A stretch of DNA of 61,363 bases from Pseudomonadota bacterium. GTDB taxonomy: Bacteria; Oederibacteriota; Muellerivitia; Muellerivitales; Muellerivitaceae. Under the pieces are notes generated by a model. That model ran no database searches. It worked only from the letters and a program-made list of their open reading frames with translations, and had not been told where the DNA came from. Position numbers and translations under genes: made by a program. Shown in pieces: positions 60,260 to 61,363 of the stretch (the stretch's first letter is position 1; every line of letters begins with the position of its first letter). The stretch is taken from NCBI GenBank assembly GCA_021324075.1, contig JAJPJW010000211.1, positions 1 to 61,363 of the forward strand, read 5' to 3'.

Positions 60260-61363
60260 ATGATGGACGACACTTCTAGCCCTTCAGGGGTTGACTTGAA
60301 CGTCCCAAACCAGCTCAAAACCTTTTTGGATGATGTCCTGCTCAAGGCCATCAGTGAAATCGGCGAGGGCGTCGTTCTTTTGGACCTGCCGAGGATCATT
60401 TTCGCCAACGAAGCCTTTTGCGCCATCACGGGATTTTCAGAGGAAGAGCTGCTTTCCCTCCCTTCCTTTTTTGAGATGGTTCCGGAAGCCGGCCGGGACG
60501 CCATTAGAACCAAAATCAACGGCCACATCCAAAGCCATAAAACCTTCGGCCAATATGAGACCGTCATCCACGGCAAGTCCGGAAAATTAATTGATATCGA
60601 GTTGACGGTCAACACCATCAAAGGCCAATCCCAAAACCAGGTTGTTTCCATTGTTCGGAATGTAACTGAACAGAAAAAACTGAAGGAAGTCCTCGTCCAC
60701 CAGGGGCTTCAATACAAGCTCTTATTCCACAGCAATCCCAATCCGATGTGGATCTACGACTTGGACAGTTTGAAGATTTTAGCCGTCAATGCGGCAGCCG
60801 TTCAAAAATACGGCTATTCGGAACGCGAGTTCCTTTCCTTGAACCTCAAGGACCTGCGGCCCGCCGAAGAAATCCCCGAGCTTCTTAAACGAGTCGATGA
60901 GTACAAGGAAAACCTTTCCGTCGTAAAAGAAATGGTGCGGCATAAATTGAAAAAGGGGACAGTCATTGACGTGGAGGTGATGTCCCATCCGATTGATTTT
61001 GAAGGCCGCAAGGCACGGGTTGTCATGGTGACGGACATGACGGACCACAAAAAAGCCCAAAACGCCTTGCAGGAGAGTGAAGAGCGGCTGCGAAATGTCG
61101 TTACGAGCGCGCCGATTGCCCTTTTTGCGATGGACCGAAACGGCCTTTTTACCCTTTCGGAAGGGAGTGTTTTGAGCGCCCTCCATTTGAATCCGGACAA
61201 TGTGGTTGGACGGTCGGCCTTTGATATTTACCGTGAAAATCCCAAAATGATCCAGGGGCTTCGCAGGGCGCTGGCGGGTGAAAATTTTATTGTTTTGATC
61301 GAAGAGGAATCCTCGGTTTTCGAAATCCATTTTTCCCCCATTAAAACCCCGAAAGGGGAAGTG
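60260..61363 (+). CDS. Multi-PAS-domain sensor protein (3'-partial; absent from ORF track)
   Basis: Frame open to window end: IIFANEAFCAITGFSEEEL...RNVTEQK; LFHSNPNPMWIYD...VNAAAVQKYGYS...DMTDHK; ESEERLRNVVTSAPIALFAMD. Confidence 0.88.
   Translation, partial: MMDDTSSPSGVDLNVPNQLKTFLDDVLLKAISEIGEGVVLLDLPRIIFANEAFCAITGFSEEELLSLPSFFEMVPEAGRDAIRTKINGHIQSHKTFGQYETVIHGKSGKLIDIELTVNTIKGQSQNQVVSIVRNVTEQKKLKEVLVHQGLQYKLLFHSNPNPMWIYDLDSLKILAVNAAAVQKYGYSEREFLSLNLKDLRPAEEIPELLKRVDEYKENLSVVKEMVRHKLKKGTVIDVEVMSHPIDFEGRKARVVMVTDMTDHKKAQNALQESEERLRNVVTSAPIALFAMDRNGLFTLSEGSVLSALHLNPDNVVGRSAFDIYRENPKMIQGLRRALAGENFIVLIEEESSVFEIHFSPIKTPKGEV

Overview
A 61-kb chromosomal segment from a diderm bacterium (BamA, several OM beta-barrels, lipoproteins) whose housekeeping gene order looks Firmicutes-like. 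The gene inventory resembles candidate lineages such as FCPU426, Goldbacteria or Firestonebacteria; this is inference only. Order: bamA (partial), surE, nifU-like; a purine operon purB-S-Q-L-F, [antisense membrane GGDEF], purM, [two O-antigen-ligase/TPR genes], purN-H-D; tsaC, ywlE-like, rpiB; rpmB; recG (split by one frameshift), rsmD, coaD; yceD, rpmF, plsX, fabH-D-G, acpP, fabF, rnc, DUF4321, maf; PpiD/SurA-like; an envelope cluster (PorV/PorQ-like barrel-FlgD-OmpA fusion, TPR/TolB-like lipoprotein, TPR protein, tRNA-Gly, small TonB-receptor-like barrel, PorV/PorQ-like barrel); rplU, rpmA, obgE, proB, [J-domain/TPR + lid-less Hsp70], nadD, ComFB, rsfS; an NHL lipoprotein with a sigma54-type promoter; a ~2,030-aa lectin protein with a ~1,190-aa Thr-X repeat and a T9SS-like C-terminal domain, followed by a third PorV/PorQ-like barrel; purA with a leader terminator; tRNA-Lys; a redoxin; a partial multi-PAS protein. 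No integrase, transposase or CRISPR array was seen. The best candidates for undescribed biology are: a PorV-barrel/TPR/CTD-cargo (T9SS-like) surface display system, possibly linked to an active+degenerate O-glycosyltransferase pair; a possible nucleotide-sensing purA attenuator; and a lid-less Hsp70/J-TPR pair replacing proA. All calls come from reading motifs by eye; no database searches were run.
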